A stretch of DNA of 63,999 nt, the filler included, from Basidioascus undulatus (Eukaryota): assembly GCA_000826855.1 (NCBI GenBank). It is 14 parts of 14 records of this genome, joined end to end, with 100 filler letters (N's around TTAATTAATTAA, not from the genome) between each part and the next. Parts side by side here need not be neighbours in the genome. Positions count along the whole stretch, not along the records: positions 12,583 to 15,610 come from JTLS01002546.1; positions 15,711 to 18,738 come from JTLS01002547.1; positions 18,839 to 21,863 come from JTLS01002548.1; positions 21,964 to 24,986 come from JTLS01002549.1; positions 25,087 to 48,915 come from JTLS01000255.1; 9 more parts are not named here. One strand, written 5' to 3'. Of this stretch, positions 12,583 through 25,680 are shown one piece after another (within the stretch, counting starts at the first letter, position 1; the number at the start of each line of letters is the position of its first letter). The notes beneath the pieces were generated by a model. It had not been told where the DNA came from. It worked only from the letters and a program-made list of their open reading frames with translations, and did no database searches. The position numbers and the translations under genes are program-made.

Positions 12583-13550
12583 GCGAGTGGGCAAGTGCGG
12601 CGGGAGCAGGTGAGCTTTCATTTCTTGTCGATAGATTTTTATACGAAAGAATTGGTTTGTGGATGCTGATGCGGCGCGCAGGGATAGGTCGCGGCTGTCA
12701 AGGAAAAGTTCCGGGAGGTCATTCAGGAGCATCAGGGTGTGGAGAAGCGCGCGAGGCAGAGGGAGAGGGATAGGGTGGAGAGGCAGATCAGGATTGGTGG
12801 GACTTTCTTTTCAGGTCTACCATGCCTTAGAGCGACATCTGATCGGGCCTCGACCGCAGTGAACCCCGACGCAACGGTAGCGGATGTCAATGCAGTCCTC
12901 GCAGCGCCCGACGGCGCGGCTACCATCTTCCAGAGTGCTGTGCGTGCTCGGTCTTCTGCACTTCAGAGTTCCAAACTAACAATGTTTGTTTGAAACAGCT
13001 CCTCAACAGCTCTACCCGATCGAGCGAGTCCCGCGCAGCGCTCAGCGAAGTCCAGAGCCGGCACGCCGACATCCAGCGAATAGAGAAGACTATAACGGAG
13101 CTGCAGAGCCTGTTCAACGAGGTCAGATCCCACTCAGATCATACACCATAGCCCTTAACCTTTCTCTTATAAAGCTAAAGCTAAGGGTCGTCCTGGCAGA
13201 TGTCCATCATCGTCGAGGAGCAGGGTGAAGTGCTGGAGACTGTGCATGAGAACACATTTTCGGCGGACAGGGACGTGGAGGCGGGGTAAGTCTTGTCTGA
13301 AGCTCTTTCTACTGGGGATTATTACTGAGTTTCTGACTGGGCATCGTTCGAACAGAGCCAAGGTCCTCGGGAAAGCGACGATCCTCGCGCGCGCTGCGAG
13401 GAACAAGCGGTCGATCTGCTTGAGCATCATCGTGATCGTTCTCATCAGTGAGTCGATATTTCACCCCATCAGTTTCGGTGCCCCGTGGAATGCTTGGGCC
13501 AGACAGTCGTCGCCATCATCCTGGCTATCCAATTCTCGGGGAACAAATAG
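12583..13550 (+). CDS. Plasma-membrane syntaxin (Sso1/2-type Qa-SNARE), C-terminal part
   Basis: RVERQIRI/VNPDAT...IFQSA/LLNSSTRSSESRAALSEVQSRHADIQRIEKTITELQSLFNE/MSIIVEEQGE...ARAARNKRSICLSIIVIVLI/IVAIILAIQFSGNK*: SNARE motif plus C-terminal TM. Confidence 0.9.
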
Positions 13551-14102
13551 TTACAGGTGGCGTGTTTTGGGGACCGCTTGCATGCAGAGGACCTTTGTCT
13601 ACTCTTGATGCCCACGATTTATGACAGTTCAGACCTATGTATACCTTCCGTGGTTTACGTGCGTTAATCGTCGAACAGCTGGGTATCATGAGAGGAGTTG
13701 GCAAGAGGCCGATCATCGGCCACCGACGCAGTGGAGCCACACAGTGTACGCGCTTGAACATTTCATTGTGCCTTCTAACTCAATTCTCAAACCTGAAAAG
13801 ATATTTTCTGATGGTGCATCCCTGTCAATGGAGCAGCGCTATCTGTTGACATGGCCGATTGCACAGTTTGGCGATCTGCTCGGCTAAGCATACCGCCTGC
13901 ATGTTGTTCGCGCAGATCGATCGTCGCGTCCCCTTCGGGCTTACGACGCCTCGCTCGGGTTCCCTTTGACCTTTCACCCTTCGCATCCGACGCAAACCTC
14001 CTCAGCCTTATATAACTCCCCTCCTCTGGGCTCTTGTTTCCCTTTTGCCGCCATCCCGTTGCGTCCCGGACCCGGATGCGCCCTTTCGTCCGCTGCGGCA
14101 CG

Positions 14103-15610
14103 ATGTCGAATGCCTTCACACCCGCTTCCTCTGTCTCGCCCTCCGGCCGGCGCTTCACGCCCGTGTCCATCCCGCGCTGGGACGGGCCCGTGCGCTTCGA
14201 TGAGCGCGTGCCGGTGGGACTGCCGCGGAGCAGAAGCGTTATTAGCTTGAGCAGCGGCGGTCCGAGTCCGACGAAGACAATGACACAGGCGAGATGGGGT
14301 GAGGCGGAGGAGGCGGAGAGCGAGGACGAAGTAGTGCTTGTCGGTGAGCGCAGGTGAGCCTGCGCTTGTTCTTTTTCCAGCTTCTACCCTCACCATTGTG
14401 CTCATCCACCTGGACGAGGATATTAGCCTCCCCCGGCGGGCACCCTCCCCAACCCGGCCAAGACTCGCGCCCTACTCTCTGCCCCCTTCTCTTCCGCTCT
14501 TACGACCTCTCTCCACACTCTCCACAAACACCCACCGTCCAACGACCTCCGCCTCCGCCTCCGCCTCTGCCCCCGCACCCGCCCCTCGTCCTCCAACCAT
14601 CTCCTACCCGCACTCGAAGCCGTTCTCCACCACCACCACCGCCTCCGCCTACAAAGGCGCCTTCATCTCCAACCCCTACCTCCCGACCTACTCGTTCCTC
14701 AAGCCGCCCTCCACGGGCGCGCGCGGGTCGCTCCGCACCTGGGCGGCGCCCACGCTCGCGTACACGTGCGATGCGGACGAGGCGGACGACTTGATTGCGT
14801 GTTTGGCGGACGGGTGAGCAGCTCGAAAGCGCGCAGGAAAGAGAGGAGAGTAACTGCTAGAATGCGGGGCAGTCCGCTGGGGTTCGATATGGAGTGGAAG
14901 TTTGTGAGGAGGAAGGGGGTCAGCTACAAGACTGCGCTGGTGCAGGTGTGCGACGAGCGGATGGTCTTGCTGCTGCACATCCATCACATGTCTCGTACGT
15001 ACCCCATTTTTCTCTTATCGCTTCGGCTTAGTTCGCATGCTCATTTTACCTCGGACGGGCTCCCACAGGCTTCCCGGACGCCCTCCGCGCTCTCATCGAG
15101 TCCCCAACGCGGATTAAGTGCGGCGTGAACATCGGCGGTCCGTTTTCTCTCCCTCTTCCGTCTCCATTCTCTCCTCGCATTGTCGTTCTCTCCCACGCTC
15201 CACCACAGGCGACTCCCGCAAGCTCACCCAAGACTTCCCCGAGCTCTCCCCGCGGGGGATGCTCGAGCTCACGACCGTCGCGCACGCGTGTCTGCCCGAG
15301 CCGCTCGGCTTCGCGAACGGCCGCAAGCTCGTCGCGCTCGACAAGCTCGCGCAGGTGTACCTTGAGCGGAGGCTTGACAAGGGCCCCGTTCGAGGGAGTG
15401 ACTGGGAAAAGACGAGGTTGGGGGAGGACCAGAAGGCTTGTGCGTGCTCTTTTTCTTTCTTTCCCCGCCCCACTCTCAACCCAGCTGAAGCGACTATTCC
15501 ATCCCTCAGACGCTGCCAACGATGTCTTCGCCGGCCTGCAGATCCTGGCGCACCTGCTCGCCCACTCGCCCTTGACCGTCTCCCCCTGCTCAACCACGAC
15601 GCTTGCGATC
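14103..15610 (+). CDS. DEDDy 3'-5' exonuclease (WRN-exonuclease/EXD2-like), 3' partial
   Basis: ExoI GFDMEW, TALVQVCD, GVNIG/GDSRKL, SDW and YAAND (ExoIII) motifs after a Pro/Ser-rich N-terminus. Confidence 0.88.
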
Positions 15611-16248
15611 NNNNNNNNNNNNNNNNNNNNNNNNNNNNNNNNNNNNNNNNNNNNTTAATTAATTAANNNNNNNNNNNNNNNNNNNNNNNNNNNNNNNNNN
15701 NNNNNNNNNNGCGCCTACCTCCCTTCCCTCGCTTATTCCGAACATGACAGGCGCCTGCCTCGGCCGTGCGCTCGGCCTCCTCCCCCCTCCCCCCGCCGCC
15801 TGCCCTCTGCGACTCCGGCTCGCATCGCACACGACTTTCTGCTTCTTCATTTATTCGGTATTCCTTGATCTATATACTCCCACCTGGCGAAGCGCCTTGG
15901 ACGGACGAGCGCGTATCTTTAAAACGGTTCTATCTAAGTTGGCAACAGCGCCGACACCCCTCCCCTCGCTTTCCGCTTATTCGTATTAGTCGTGAGTCTG
16001 ACGCCATCTTCGAAGTCTCTGAAGGGACCAGGGGCTTGTTCAGGGGATTCACTACGAAAGTGGCACGAGGATGGGCGAGATGGATCTTGTGAGGGGCACC
16101 GCTGTCAGCCGGTCGATGGGCAACCGAAGACCGAGGAAGTTGCTCGTCTTGGACTTTCCGCTCGCACGTTTCATGAAGGATTCTCCCGAATGATTGCTGA
16201 TACACATCGCGTCCGTCAGCTTCTCCACGTCTACTGTTATCATCCGCA

Positions 16249-18738
16249 ATGTCGACGACGACAGCCTCTGCATCGCCTCTCGCAGCGCAGCCGCAGCCGC
16301 CGCCACGCGAGAGCGCGCCCTCACCCTCCCCTCCCTCGTCGCCGTCCAAGCCCTCCAAAACGCTCTCCGCATCGGCGAAGCCCTTCGTCTCGCCCCACCG
16401 GGAGCGCGAGCCCCAGCAGCCGCAGCGGCATAAAACGGGCGCGCTTGCGCCTGTCGCGGACTTCGGCTTTTCACCGTCGCCGCTGTCGCTCGGGATCCAT
16501 CGCAGCAGCACATTCGGCCCGCTCAGCCCGCTTTTCTTGCCCTCGCCCGGCGCGGAAAAGGAGTATCAGTCGTTGACGGCTGAGTCGGTGAGTCGGTGCT
16601 CTCAATTCTGTCGTTCACAGTCACCTTGCTCACTTCCCCTTCGGCAGACGTGGCGCTTCACCGAGGACGGTCGCCTCGTCGCTCACGACGGGTCCTCGTA
16701 CGACGTCGCAGACGATATTCTCCGCCTGCAGATCAACGACTATACCACGTCAGCACCGCCGCCTGCCTCGGCGCCCGCGCCAGCACCGGTGCGCGCGTCG
16801 TTCGCCGAATGGCAAGCTGCGCACGTCCGCCTCGAGTCCGACACGCCCTCCTCCGCTTCGTCGCCGTCCAACCCGCCCACCCCGGGCCGACCCGTCTTCC
16901 CACCCGCACCCCCACGGCAGCTCTCCTCTAAGAGCATCGGCGCCGAGACGGGCCGCACCTCGGTCGACTTTGCCGTCCATACTGCGCCAGCACGCTCGGC
17001 CAGCCTCGACGAACTCAGTCGGCGCGCGTACGCTACGACGCCCGTGAGCGTCGAGCACCGGCGCGCCACGCACCCCGTCGAGCAGGCTCGCGCGCAGGCA
17101 CGGTCGACGCCCGCACCATCATCGGCGTACGACATGACGCGGGCGGCGTCCTTCTCTTCCTTCCCCGCCACGTCGCCTTCCGAGCCGCCCCACTTCCCCA
17201 TGAGCCCCGGACCGCGCGGCGAACTCGCACCTACGCTCGCGCCCGCCCCGTTCGCGCTCGCCCACCCGCATCTATACGACCCGCTGTCGTCGGATTCGGC
17301 CGCGGCCCAACAGCTCGCGGCAGCGCAAGCGCAAGCAGCCGCCCAGGCTCAGGCCGCGCTGGTGTACCACCAGCGGCAGCAGCAGCTCGCGGGACTGTAC
17401 GCCGCGCAGGCGCAGCAGCGCATGCAGCAGCAACAGCAGCAGCAGCAGCAACAGCCGCCTCATCCGCCGCAACAACTGTCCCCGCAGCAGCTCGACCCGT
17501 CCATCTTCCGGGCTTCCGCGGCGCTGCCCCTCTCCTCCTCGGACCACCTTTCGCCCACGCCCGGCGGTGTCGGCGGACCGAGCGCGAACAACCGGAAGCT
17601 CGGCCTGTACAAGACGGAGCTCTGCCGGAGCTGGGAGGAGAAGGGCAGCTGCCGATATGGCGCGAAGTGCCAGTTCGCGCACGGCGTTGAGGAGCTCAGG
17701 CAGGTCGCAAGGCACCCGAAGGTATGCATCTTCTGACGAGCTCTGCTTTTCTCCGAATGCTGACTCTCCGTATTGTCGTCCAATAGTACAAGACCGAGAT
17801 CTGCCGCACGTTCTGGCTCTCGGGCTCGTGCCCCTACGGCAAGCGCTGCTGCTTCATCCACTCATCCGTCCCGCAGCCGGGCATCCCCATCTCGTCTGGC
17901 GGCGGCTGCCCTGCCAGCTCCGGCGGTGCGTCGAGCGCGACAACGACCCCGATGATGAACACGCAGTCGCAGCTGTCGTCCACGTCGCCCTCGGGTGTCT
18001 CCTACGCCGGCTCGCCGGTGGCCGCACAGACCGGCTACTTCCCGCCGCAAGCGTCTTCCACCGACACCGAGCCGACGTCCACGTCCCTCCTCTCCCGCAT
18101 CCGTGCTTCGCACGACCTGTCCGCGCAGACCGCCGGCGCGAGCGCCAGCACCACGAGCGGCACGGAGGCGCGCTTGCCGATGTCGGTGTCGCCGGCGTTC
18201 GTGGGCAGCCCTTCGGCCTCGGGCCCGATGCACGGGCTCGGCCTCGGCATCGGCCTCGACGCGGGCGCGGCGGGCTTCGCCGGCGCCGGCCGCGCGAGAG
18301 AGCGGAGCGCGAGCACGCGCAGCTCGAGCGGGAGCTTGCTCTTGCCTAGCTTGATGGAGGGCACGAGCACGAGCAATACCGACGCGGACGCTTTCTGCCT
18401 GGGTGTCGGCGTCGGCGCGAGGAGCCCTGGTGCGCTCAGCGACGGCGGGAGCGGCAGGTTCAGCCCTGCGGAGGTCGTGTTTGGGGACGTCATGGTAAGG
18501 CACTTCGTGGCTTTTACTTCCGTGCCCATTGCCGAGACTGACACGCTTCGGGATGCATTGCAGCAGCGCCAACGGTCCGCGACGTCATCCTCCTCATCCT
18601 CATCCACGACGTCATCCTCCTACGCGAACCGCCGCCGCCGCTCGTCGGCGCTGGCAGACCCCGCTCCGATGCGCACCTCTCTCTCGAACCCGATCGGCGT
18701 TACGTCGCGTCCGCTTGACACGCCACCGCCGGTGTCGC
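16249..18738 (+). CDS. Tandem CCCH zinc-finger mRNA-decay protein (TTP/Zfs1/Cth family), 3' partial
   Basis: [27 protein letters not shown]...[29 protein letters not shown]: two C-x8-C-x5-C-x3-H fingers with YKTEL lead-ins. Confidence 0.95.
17425..17454 (+). repeat. CAG/CAA tract encoding Q10 in the CCCH protein
   Basis: CAGCAGCAACAGCAGCAGCAGCAGCAACAG in frame. Confidence 0.9.
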
Positions 18739-18984
18739 NNNNNNNNNNNNNNNNNNNNNNNNNNNNNNNNNNNNNNNNNNNNTTAATTAATTAANNNNNN
18801 NNNNNNNNNNNNNNNNNNNNNNNNNNNNNNNNNNNNNNGCTGAAAATCGGGGCTGGGGTTGGGGTTGGGGTTGGGGTGGGTTGAGAAAGCTGCGCGGCAT
18901 GCGTGTCGGGGCAGCCTGTGTTCCGCGGTGCACAACACCGCAGCACGCTGGCACCGACGCGTCTTGCTCGTTCATGCTGGAAGA

Positions 18985-19646
18985 CTACGAATCTGCGCTT
19001 CCTCCATTGGCAACTAAAAACAGTATGCAAGCGACGAACAGCGCGATGGCCGTGAGGACAGCCACGGTGTGCGCGAACCTGTCGCCCCCTCTCCGTGCAA
19101 TCAGCTTCCACTCATCTCCCTCCCTGTGTACACGGCGACTCACCATCCCGTCCCAGCAAACGCCAACCGTCTTTGCATCTTCCGCATCACGGTCCAATAC
19201 GCCGTCCCCGCCGCCGCGAGCGTCAGCAGCGCGATCACAAAGAACGCGATGCCCAGCGGGTCGGAAAAGTCGTGCTCAAGCGTCGGCCTCCCCTCTCCCC
19301 CCTGAGAGGAAGAGTCGAGGTCGGGCAGCCGGAACTTTGTGAGGAGCGCGAGGGAGAGGACGGAGAGCGTTGCGGAGAGGCGGAGGTAGGTCAGGTAGTT
19401 TCGCTCGAGCGCTGCAGGTGGGGAAGGGGGTGAGTGGGAAGGTGGGCAGGGGGAGGGGAAGAGGGAGGAGGGCGGACCGAGGTAGTCCCGCGCTGTGGAG
19501 CCTTCGTTGTGGATTGGGTGCGGGGCGAGGCAGGTGAGAAGGTTCGTTGAGTGCTTTGAGGACTTTGAGGACGAGGCAGGCGCGGGGTCTTGCGCAGCTT
19601 CGATGGGACGACTCGGAGGTTGAGGTGTTTGGTTCGCTGGTGCCAT
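18985..19646 (-). CDS. DUF202 (YidH-like) membrane protein
   Basis: NEGSTARDYL/ALERNYLTYLRLS motif followed by three hydrophobic segments. Confidence 0.85.
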
Positions 19647-20134
19647 CGAGCTTGATTCGACGAAGGTCAGTTTGAAAGAAGCATGAGTGCAATTGTTAGC
19701 AAAAAAATGGACGAGACAACAGGACAGCAAGGTGTTGGATCAAGCGTGATGAGCGTAAGCTCGTCGTTATCCACAACCATGGCGAGCCCCCCGCCCCCTC
19801 TGAATTATTCGACGCTCACGCGCCCCAAAGCTTAGTCCGAATGCGCATGATTCCAGAATCGCCGCCACCTCCTCCTCGCGCCGCGCCGCCGCCGCCGCAC
19901 ACCCGGCGATCTGAACCGGCATTCCCCCACCCCTTGAAGCATCCCCTCATACATCTTGAAAATGCATGTCTTTCCTCAAGGCATCTTTCTTGTCAACCAT
20001 CACTACCACCTCCTCCCGAGCACACCCGTTCCGATCCCACTCGGTCACGACCGCCGACTGCCCAAAGGCCCCTCAGACGCAACTGCACCCGTGATTCGGT
20101 CCCGCCGGCCCGACCCCGCACGACCCACGAAATC

Positions 20135-21863
20135 ATGTCGCCCAAGTCCTCCAATGCGGCGTCGTCCCGCCTCAACCAGGTCTCCCATCATCTCCACCCT
20201 CGCAAAGACACCATGAGCTGTTCGTCAATCTCCCTTCATTATTTCTCCAAAATTATAGATGTTAAGCAGAGAGGGATGGCAACGAACAGCCGCAGACATC
20301 TTCGCCCAGGTGCCCCTCGCCCCGCCAGACAGGTGCGTCGCTTGTCCTCCTCCCGCTTCGCGAGCTCTCCTGCTCACACATCCCCCAACACACAGCATCT
20401 TCCAACTCACGGCCGGTACGAAACTTCACGATATTCGGCCTTGTCTTGATCGTCCCGCTTACTTACCCTGCGGTTTGGCAGCGTACAAGGCCGACACCTT
20501 CCCCCAGAAGGTCAACCTCGGCGTCGGTGCCTGTGCGTGCCCCGCTTATGTTCGAGATACTATGTGGAAGAGAGCTGAATGAGCGGCCGCGCCGAACAGA
20601 CCGCGACAATGACGGCAAGCCGTGGACGCTGCCCGTCGTGAAGAAGGTGCGTCCCTCGTGCCCGCGCTTCCCCCATCTCGTTTCCCTCTCTCCTTCCTCC
20701 CTTTGCTGACTCCCCTCCCGAAACTAGGCCACCGAGGCCCTCCTCACTGACCCCACCGTCGACCACGAGTACCTTGTGCGCCTCTCCCTCCCTCCCTCCT
20801 CCTTACTCCCGATCTAACGCTTTTTCCTTCTCCCTCTCCCCGGGAACCAGCCCATCACCGGTCTCCCCGAGTTCACTTCCGCCGCTGCGAAGCTCATCCT
20901 GGGCGCTGACTCGAAGGCGATGTGCGTCGTCCCCTCTCCCTATAACCCCGCCTCTCCCTTTCCCCCTTGCCTCCCTTCTTTCTCCCCTTCCGCTCCCTTT
21001 CCCCTTCTCGCTTCAGACGCTACTTTGGAGATTGTGTGCGTGAGACTGACAAAGTATGGTCGATGGTGGTTTCCAGCGCCGAGAACCGCGTCGCCTCGAT
21101 CCAGACCATCTCGGGCACGGGCGCGAACCACGCGGCGGCGCTCTTCCTCGCGCGCTGGTACGACTTTGTGGGCAAAGGGCTCGAGCCCGCTGTTTATCTG
21201 TCGAACCCTACTTGGGGTGGGTGTCCTTCCCTTGCCTCCTTCCGTCCCTCTCCTCTCCCTTTCCCCTCCCTTCCGTTTTCCCACCGTCCCTCCGCTCTTC
21301 CCCACCTTCCCCACTCTCAAGGAAGATGTCACAGATCGGGAAAACGAAGAAGGAAGCTGACTCGGCCGACTCCCCCAGCGAACCATCACGCGATCTTCTC
21401 CAACGTGGGGATCAAGCCGATCGACTATGCGTACTACTCGCCCTCCACGATCGGGCTCGACTTCCCCGGGTTGACCTCCGCGCTCAAGTCCGCGCCCAAG
21501 GGCAGCGTGTTCCTCCTCCACGCGTGCGCGCACAACCCCACGGGCGTAGACCCTACGCCGGAGCAGTGGGAGCAGGTCGCGAATCTGTTTGCGGAGAGGG
21601 GCCTGTTCGCTGTGCGTTTGGGTTCTTCACTCTGCAAGCAGGGAGTGCCTGGGCTGATTTGAGGGGATGTGGATCCAGCTCTTCGACTGCGCTTACCAGG
21701 GCTTCGCGTCCGGCGACCTCAACCGTGACGCTCAGGCGGTGCGCCTCTTCGAGCGGCGCGGGATCCCGCTCCTCGTGTGCCAGGTCCGTCTCCTCCCTCC
21801 TCGCCACCTCCTCCTCATCCCTTCCCCGCCCCCTCCCTTCCCACCCCACTCACCTCCTCATCC
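20135..21863 (+). CDS. AAT2: Aspartate aminotransferase, cytosolic type with N-terminal PTS2 extension, 3' partial
   Basis: VPLAPPD/SIFQLTA, KVNLGVGA/YRDNDGKPW, QTISGTGA, LHACAHNPTGVDPT and FDCAYQGFASGD motifs. Confidence 0.95.
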
Positions 21864-22512
21864 NNNNNNNNNNNNNNNNNNNNNNNNNNNNNNNNNNNNN
21901 NNNNNNNTTAATTAATTAANNNNNNNNNNNNNNNNNNNNNNNNNNNNNNNNNNNNNNNNNNNNCCCGACCCCTGGTTGGTTCGACCAGCGCGTTGCGTAC
22001 GGCTCCATTTAGGAGTTGGGGCCTGTGGCCGGCGTGCGTTGATGGATGGCCCCATGAAGCGTGCCCCTTGTGGTACCGTGCCTATTCTTGTCGTGGTGGG
22101 GGAGGCTTGAATGCACTTGTTAAGCGTACGGGACGGTGGCATTCAACAATGGACATTTGGTTGCGAAGCTTCCCCATTGCTCTATCTGTGCAACGCACAT
22201 GTTTTTGCAAGTAATTGGCTGGAAGCACTCCATTGAAGTATCGGTTTGGCCAATCTACGATACATTCTGTATCCAAAGCTTTCCAACTATACCCTTAACC
22301 CCCTAGAGTACCGGGTCGGCGTCCATGTAATTTGATAGATTGCACGTTTCTTCCAGTCCGTGCTGGTCCGCGACCGCGCCGTAGACAGCCATCGGAGAAG
22401 AGTGAAGGAATACAACAGGTTGGGTGTTCGTAAAACTGCATTCTTCGACGGTAAGGATTGATTAGCAGTCAAAACGGAAGAGACAGACATATCGGCAGCA
22501 AGCAAAAAGAAG

Positions 22513-22595
22513 CTCTCTGGCCGGGAATTGAACCCGGGTCGCCCGCGATCAAGTTGAATGACAAGCGGATATACTAGCCACTATACTACCAAAGA
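22513..22595 (-). tRNA. tRNA-Asp(GTC) with 11-nt intron
   Basis: Reverse complement is TCTTTGGTAGTATAGTGGCTAGTATATCCGCTTGTCA-ttcaacttgat-CGCGGGCGACCCGGGTTCAATTCCCGGCCAGAGAG, followed by a T-run Pol III terminator. Confidence 0.96.
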
Positions 22596-23349
22596 TGCAT
22601 GCCTTTTTGAACCTTTTAATTGATCATTCCGATACGGAGAAAGACAACCTTCCATCGCGTTGTTCCCGATGCCCTGTTGTGGGTAATTTTTTTCATAATT
22701 TCTCGTGTGAGGCAGCCAAGAGTAATGCTGTACGGCAGACGGCAATGCAGTTTTGCTTGCTAGTCACCACCATTTGGTTCGTCGCCCACTTTGGCTTTCT
22801 TCTTCAGCCCTGCTCGTATTTCCGTGTAACCTATCTTGCATCCACAAACAAACGGTCCTCTTGGATAAAGTCATCCAGTCATCATGTATCTCTTAAGGCA
22901 AACTCTGGACGTCAGCCCGACATTCACACCGAGCAGACGCCCAGCTCAAGACCCCGAGCCAAATGCCATCCCCAGCGAAATATTATCCACATTCCCAAGA
23001 GTTGAGTCGGCCAAACGCACATGACCTGATGCGCGGCCCAGTGAGACAACGCGTCGGCGAGCAGTTCTGAATCCCGGATCCCGAGCCCCAGCATCGTGTC
23101 GGTGACTCAGTTCATGGTTTCGCAGCCGACACAGCCTCTGTCCGCTGTTCACATAAAGACCATCCTCAGTCGGTTACAGTGGTCTTCTTTTTACCCAGAA
23201 CTCCAACAATCTTCCAAGGCAACTGGACAGAACGTGTTCGGACTCCAGGCGTTGCCCTTCGACACTTCGACACTCTGCACCGCGCCTGTCCCGCTTCGCT
23301 GCAAGTAGGTTTCCGAGTTAAAAGCAGATGTAACTTTTTTCAGCACAGA

Positions 23350-23632
23350 ATGTCGCATTTCCGTAAATCCTCTCCCAAGCCCTCGCCGCCCGCTGTGGCC
23401 TCCAAGCCGTCCACCACCACCTCCTCCTCCTCGGCCGCGTCAAAGCACTTTCCCCCGCGCGACGACACCGACACTGACTCTCAAATGTCCTACATCTGAA
23501 GAGCTCCCCGATGTCCTCGCCCTCGCCAAGCACCAGGGCCTACCGCCCACGGACGCAGACCAGGCGGCTGTGCGCGAGCTGAAGAAGAAGTATGGGGAAC
23601 AGGTCGGGCTGGTGTTCACGATCCACGGTTGA
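23350..23632 (+). pseudogene. Small hypothetical gene apparently broken by a 1-nt frameshift
   Basis: MSHFRKSS...SQMSYI* continues in another frame as EELPDVLALAKHQG...VRELKKKYGEQVGLVFTIHG* with coding-like codon usage. No family recognised. Confidence 0.3.
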
Positions 23633-24311
23633 TCATTTTATGGAGTACGGGATGCGATGAGGTCTTTGTGTGAAAGAAATACATGAGCCCTGTGGGGAAC
23701 TGTGCAGCCGTCCGAATACGAGCTACGCACGACGCAATCGGTTCAACACAAATCTTTTCCTCTCTGCGCTCTTCTCCTTTTCACTGTTTCCTTCTGCAAT
23801 CAAATGTAAAGCGGTCCAGATGTATGGCTACTAATCCCCTATCTCCAACTTTGAGGACTGATGCTGGAGACTGATCGCTGATACTGTCGTATGGAATGGT
23901 TCTATCGGGTACTTGTCTTGCAGTGATTTTATACTCATGAAATAATCATTGGTAAGACTATATCAGTATTAGAGTACATGAACGGACCTGCATCTCAGGA
24001 CCGAGGCCGAGCCTGTTTAATCTGCCGAATGCGGCAGCAAAAGCGCTTCAGCGAGTTCCTGTTAAACCGCTGCTTGTTGGGCCTTTCGCTAGTCTCAGAG
24101 CAGATATATCAGAATATGCGTACGCAGTTGCATTCTGTTTGAAAGGTGTACAGACATCCGAGGGAGCAGCTGCGCCGCCGCCCATGACCGACGATGAATT
24201 CGCGCTCACCTCTTAGCCCAGCTCGCCCCTTCGCCCGGCGTCCGGCCTCAGCCACACACCCACAACCTCATACCCACATCCTCTCACCTTCGCCCGCCCC
24301 GACACTCCCTC

Positions 24312-24986
24312 ATGGCGGACCAAAGCACTTGTCCGTCCCTATTCCCATCAGCGCGCCCAGCGCGCTCGTGCTCCCACAGGCGGCGGCGTGCGACCCCTTG
24401 GGCCAATGAGCTCCCAGCGCTGACTGGCAGTGTCTTCCCGCCTGGCATCTTCCACAGACGAGCCCAAGCCCGCAATCAGCAAGGGCGGGGAGGCGCTTCT
24501 CATCTCCGCGGGCGTCGGCACGCTCGTCTCCGCCGCCAAGAATGCGCTCGACAAGCACAACCACGGCGCGATGGGCGTCTTTACCCGCTCTGGGTCTACC
24601 ATCGGCTACTTTGGTGAGCGGGCGGGGTCTTTACATTCTTCCATGGAGACAGGAGACTGGAGTAACTGAACAAGTGACGGCGGCGGGGATACAGCGGCGG
24701 TCGGTGGTGTGTTTGCGTTCACTGAGGCGGCAGTTGCGAATGTGCGGGAGAAGGACGACGCGGTGAACGGCATCGCGGGTGGCTGCGCGGCGGGTTTCTT
24801 GATTGGTGTCCGTGGTGAGTCGACATTCCTAGCTCTCATATTTTCCTAGAGGAGGGAGGCGCAATGGGGCGGCCCTGAAGGGACGATCCCAGACGCCCTC
24901 CTGCGTCTTCCTCCTTCCCCCTCCCCCTCTGACCGCAGGCGGAACGGGCGGACGCACACGATCGTGGTGGCGCCGGGACGCGGAGG
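24312..24986 (+). CDS. NDUFA11: Complex I accessory subunit NDUFA11/B14.7 (Tim17 family), 3' partial
   Basis: AGVGTLVSAAKNALDKHNHGAMGVFTRSGSTIGYF/AAVGGVFAFTEAAVANVREKDDAVNGIAGGCAAGFLIGVR. Confidence 0.88.
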
Positions 24987-25086
24987 NNNNNNNNNNNNNN
25001 NNNNNNNNNNNNNNNNNNNNNNNNNNNNNNTTAATTAATTAANNNNNNNNNNNNNNNNNNNNNNNNNNNNNNNNNNNNNNNNNNNN

Positions 25087-25680
25087 CGATCCCGCTCGAG
25101 CGCGACCGGCTCGCGGCGCTCCAGGCCGGCAGCGTGAGCTCGAGCGGGCTCGGGTTGGGCAGCTACATCCGGGATCGGGTCGACCATCTCCGTGGGACGG
25201 ACGATGATCGGCATCGGAGGGAACGGCTGCGGAAGATGGACGTGAAGATCAAGGAAGTGCGTCACCCGTTCTCCCACATTTCCCTCTTCTTCTCCTTCTT
25301 TTCCTCTACCATTTCCTCCTCTTTCGTCCTCTTGAGCTCGGAAGCGCTCGGAGACTGACTCGCGGGGTGGACGTCACAGCTCCAAGAAGCCGTCGAAGGC
25401 GCCGCGGATACGAGCAACGCGTTCTCGGACGAGGTGCTGCGCGAGCACGCCATCTTCAACATGGCCAAGCGCGTCGAGATGCGTGAGCTGCTAGGCGGGA
25501 TCGCGGACGGGCACATTGAGATGTATAGGAAGGTAAGCCATGATAACCTTGTGCGGGGAAGGAGAGGCGGAGAGGGAAGGAATATGCGGCTGATGTGTGC
25601 GACGGGCCATGGGTGGATAGGCGATTGAGCAGTACGACCGTGCCATTCCGAACTTGGAGAGGATACGGGTGGACCTCTGA
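25087..25680 (+). CDS. SNX4: Sorting nexin Snx4/Atg24, BAR-domain C-terminus
   Basis: YIRDRVDHLRGTDDDRHRRERLRKMDVKIKE/LQEAVE...FSDEVLREHAIFNMAKRVEMRELLG...HIEMYRK/AIEQYDRAIPNLERIRVDL*. Confidence 0.8.

Noticed and set aside
15930..18607. Many long antisense or alternative-frame ORFs over the CCCH gene and other GC-rich genes
   Set aside because: These are expected shadows of high GC3 codon usage and contain no recognisable motifs.
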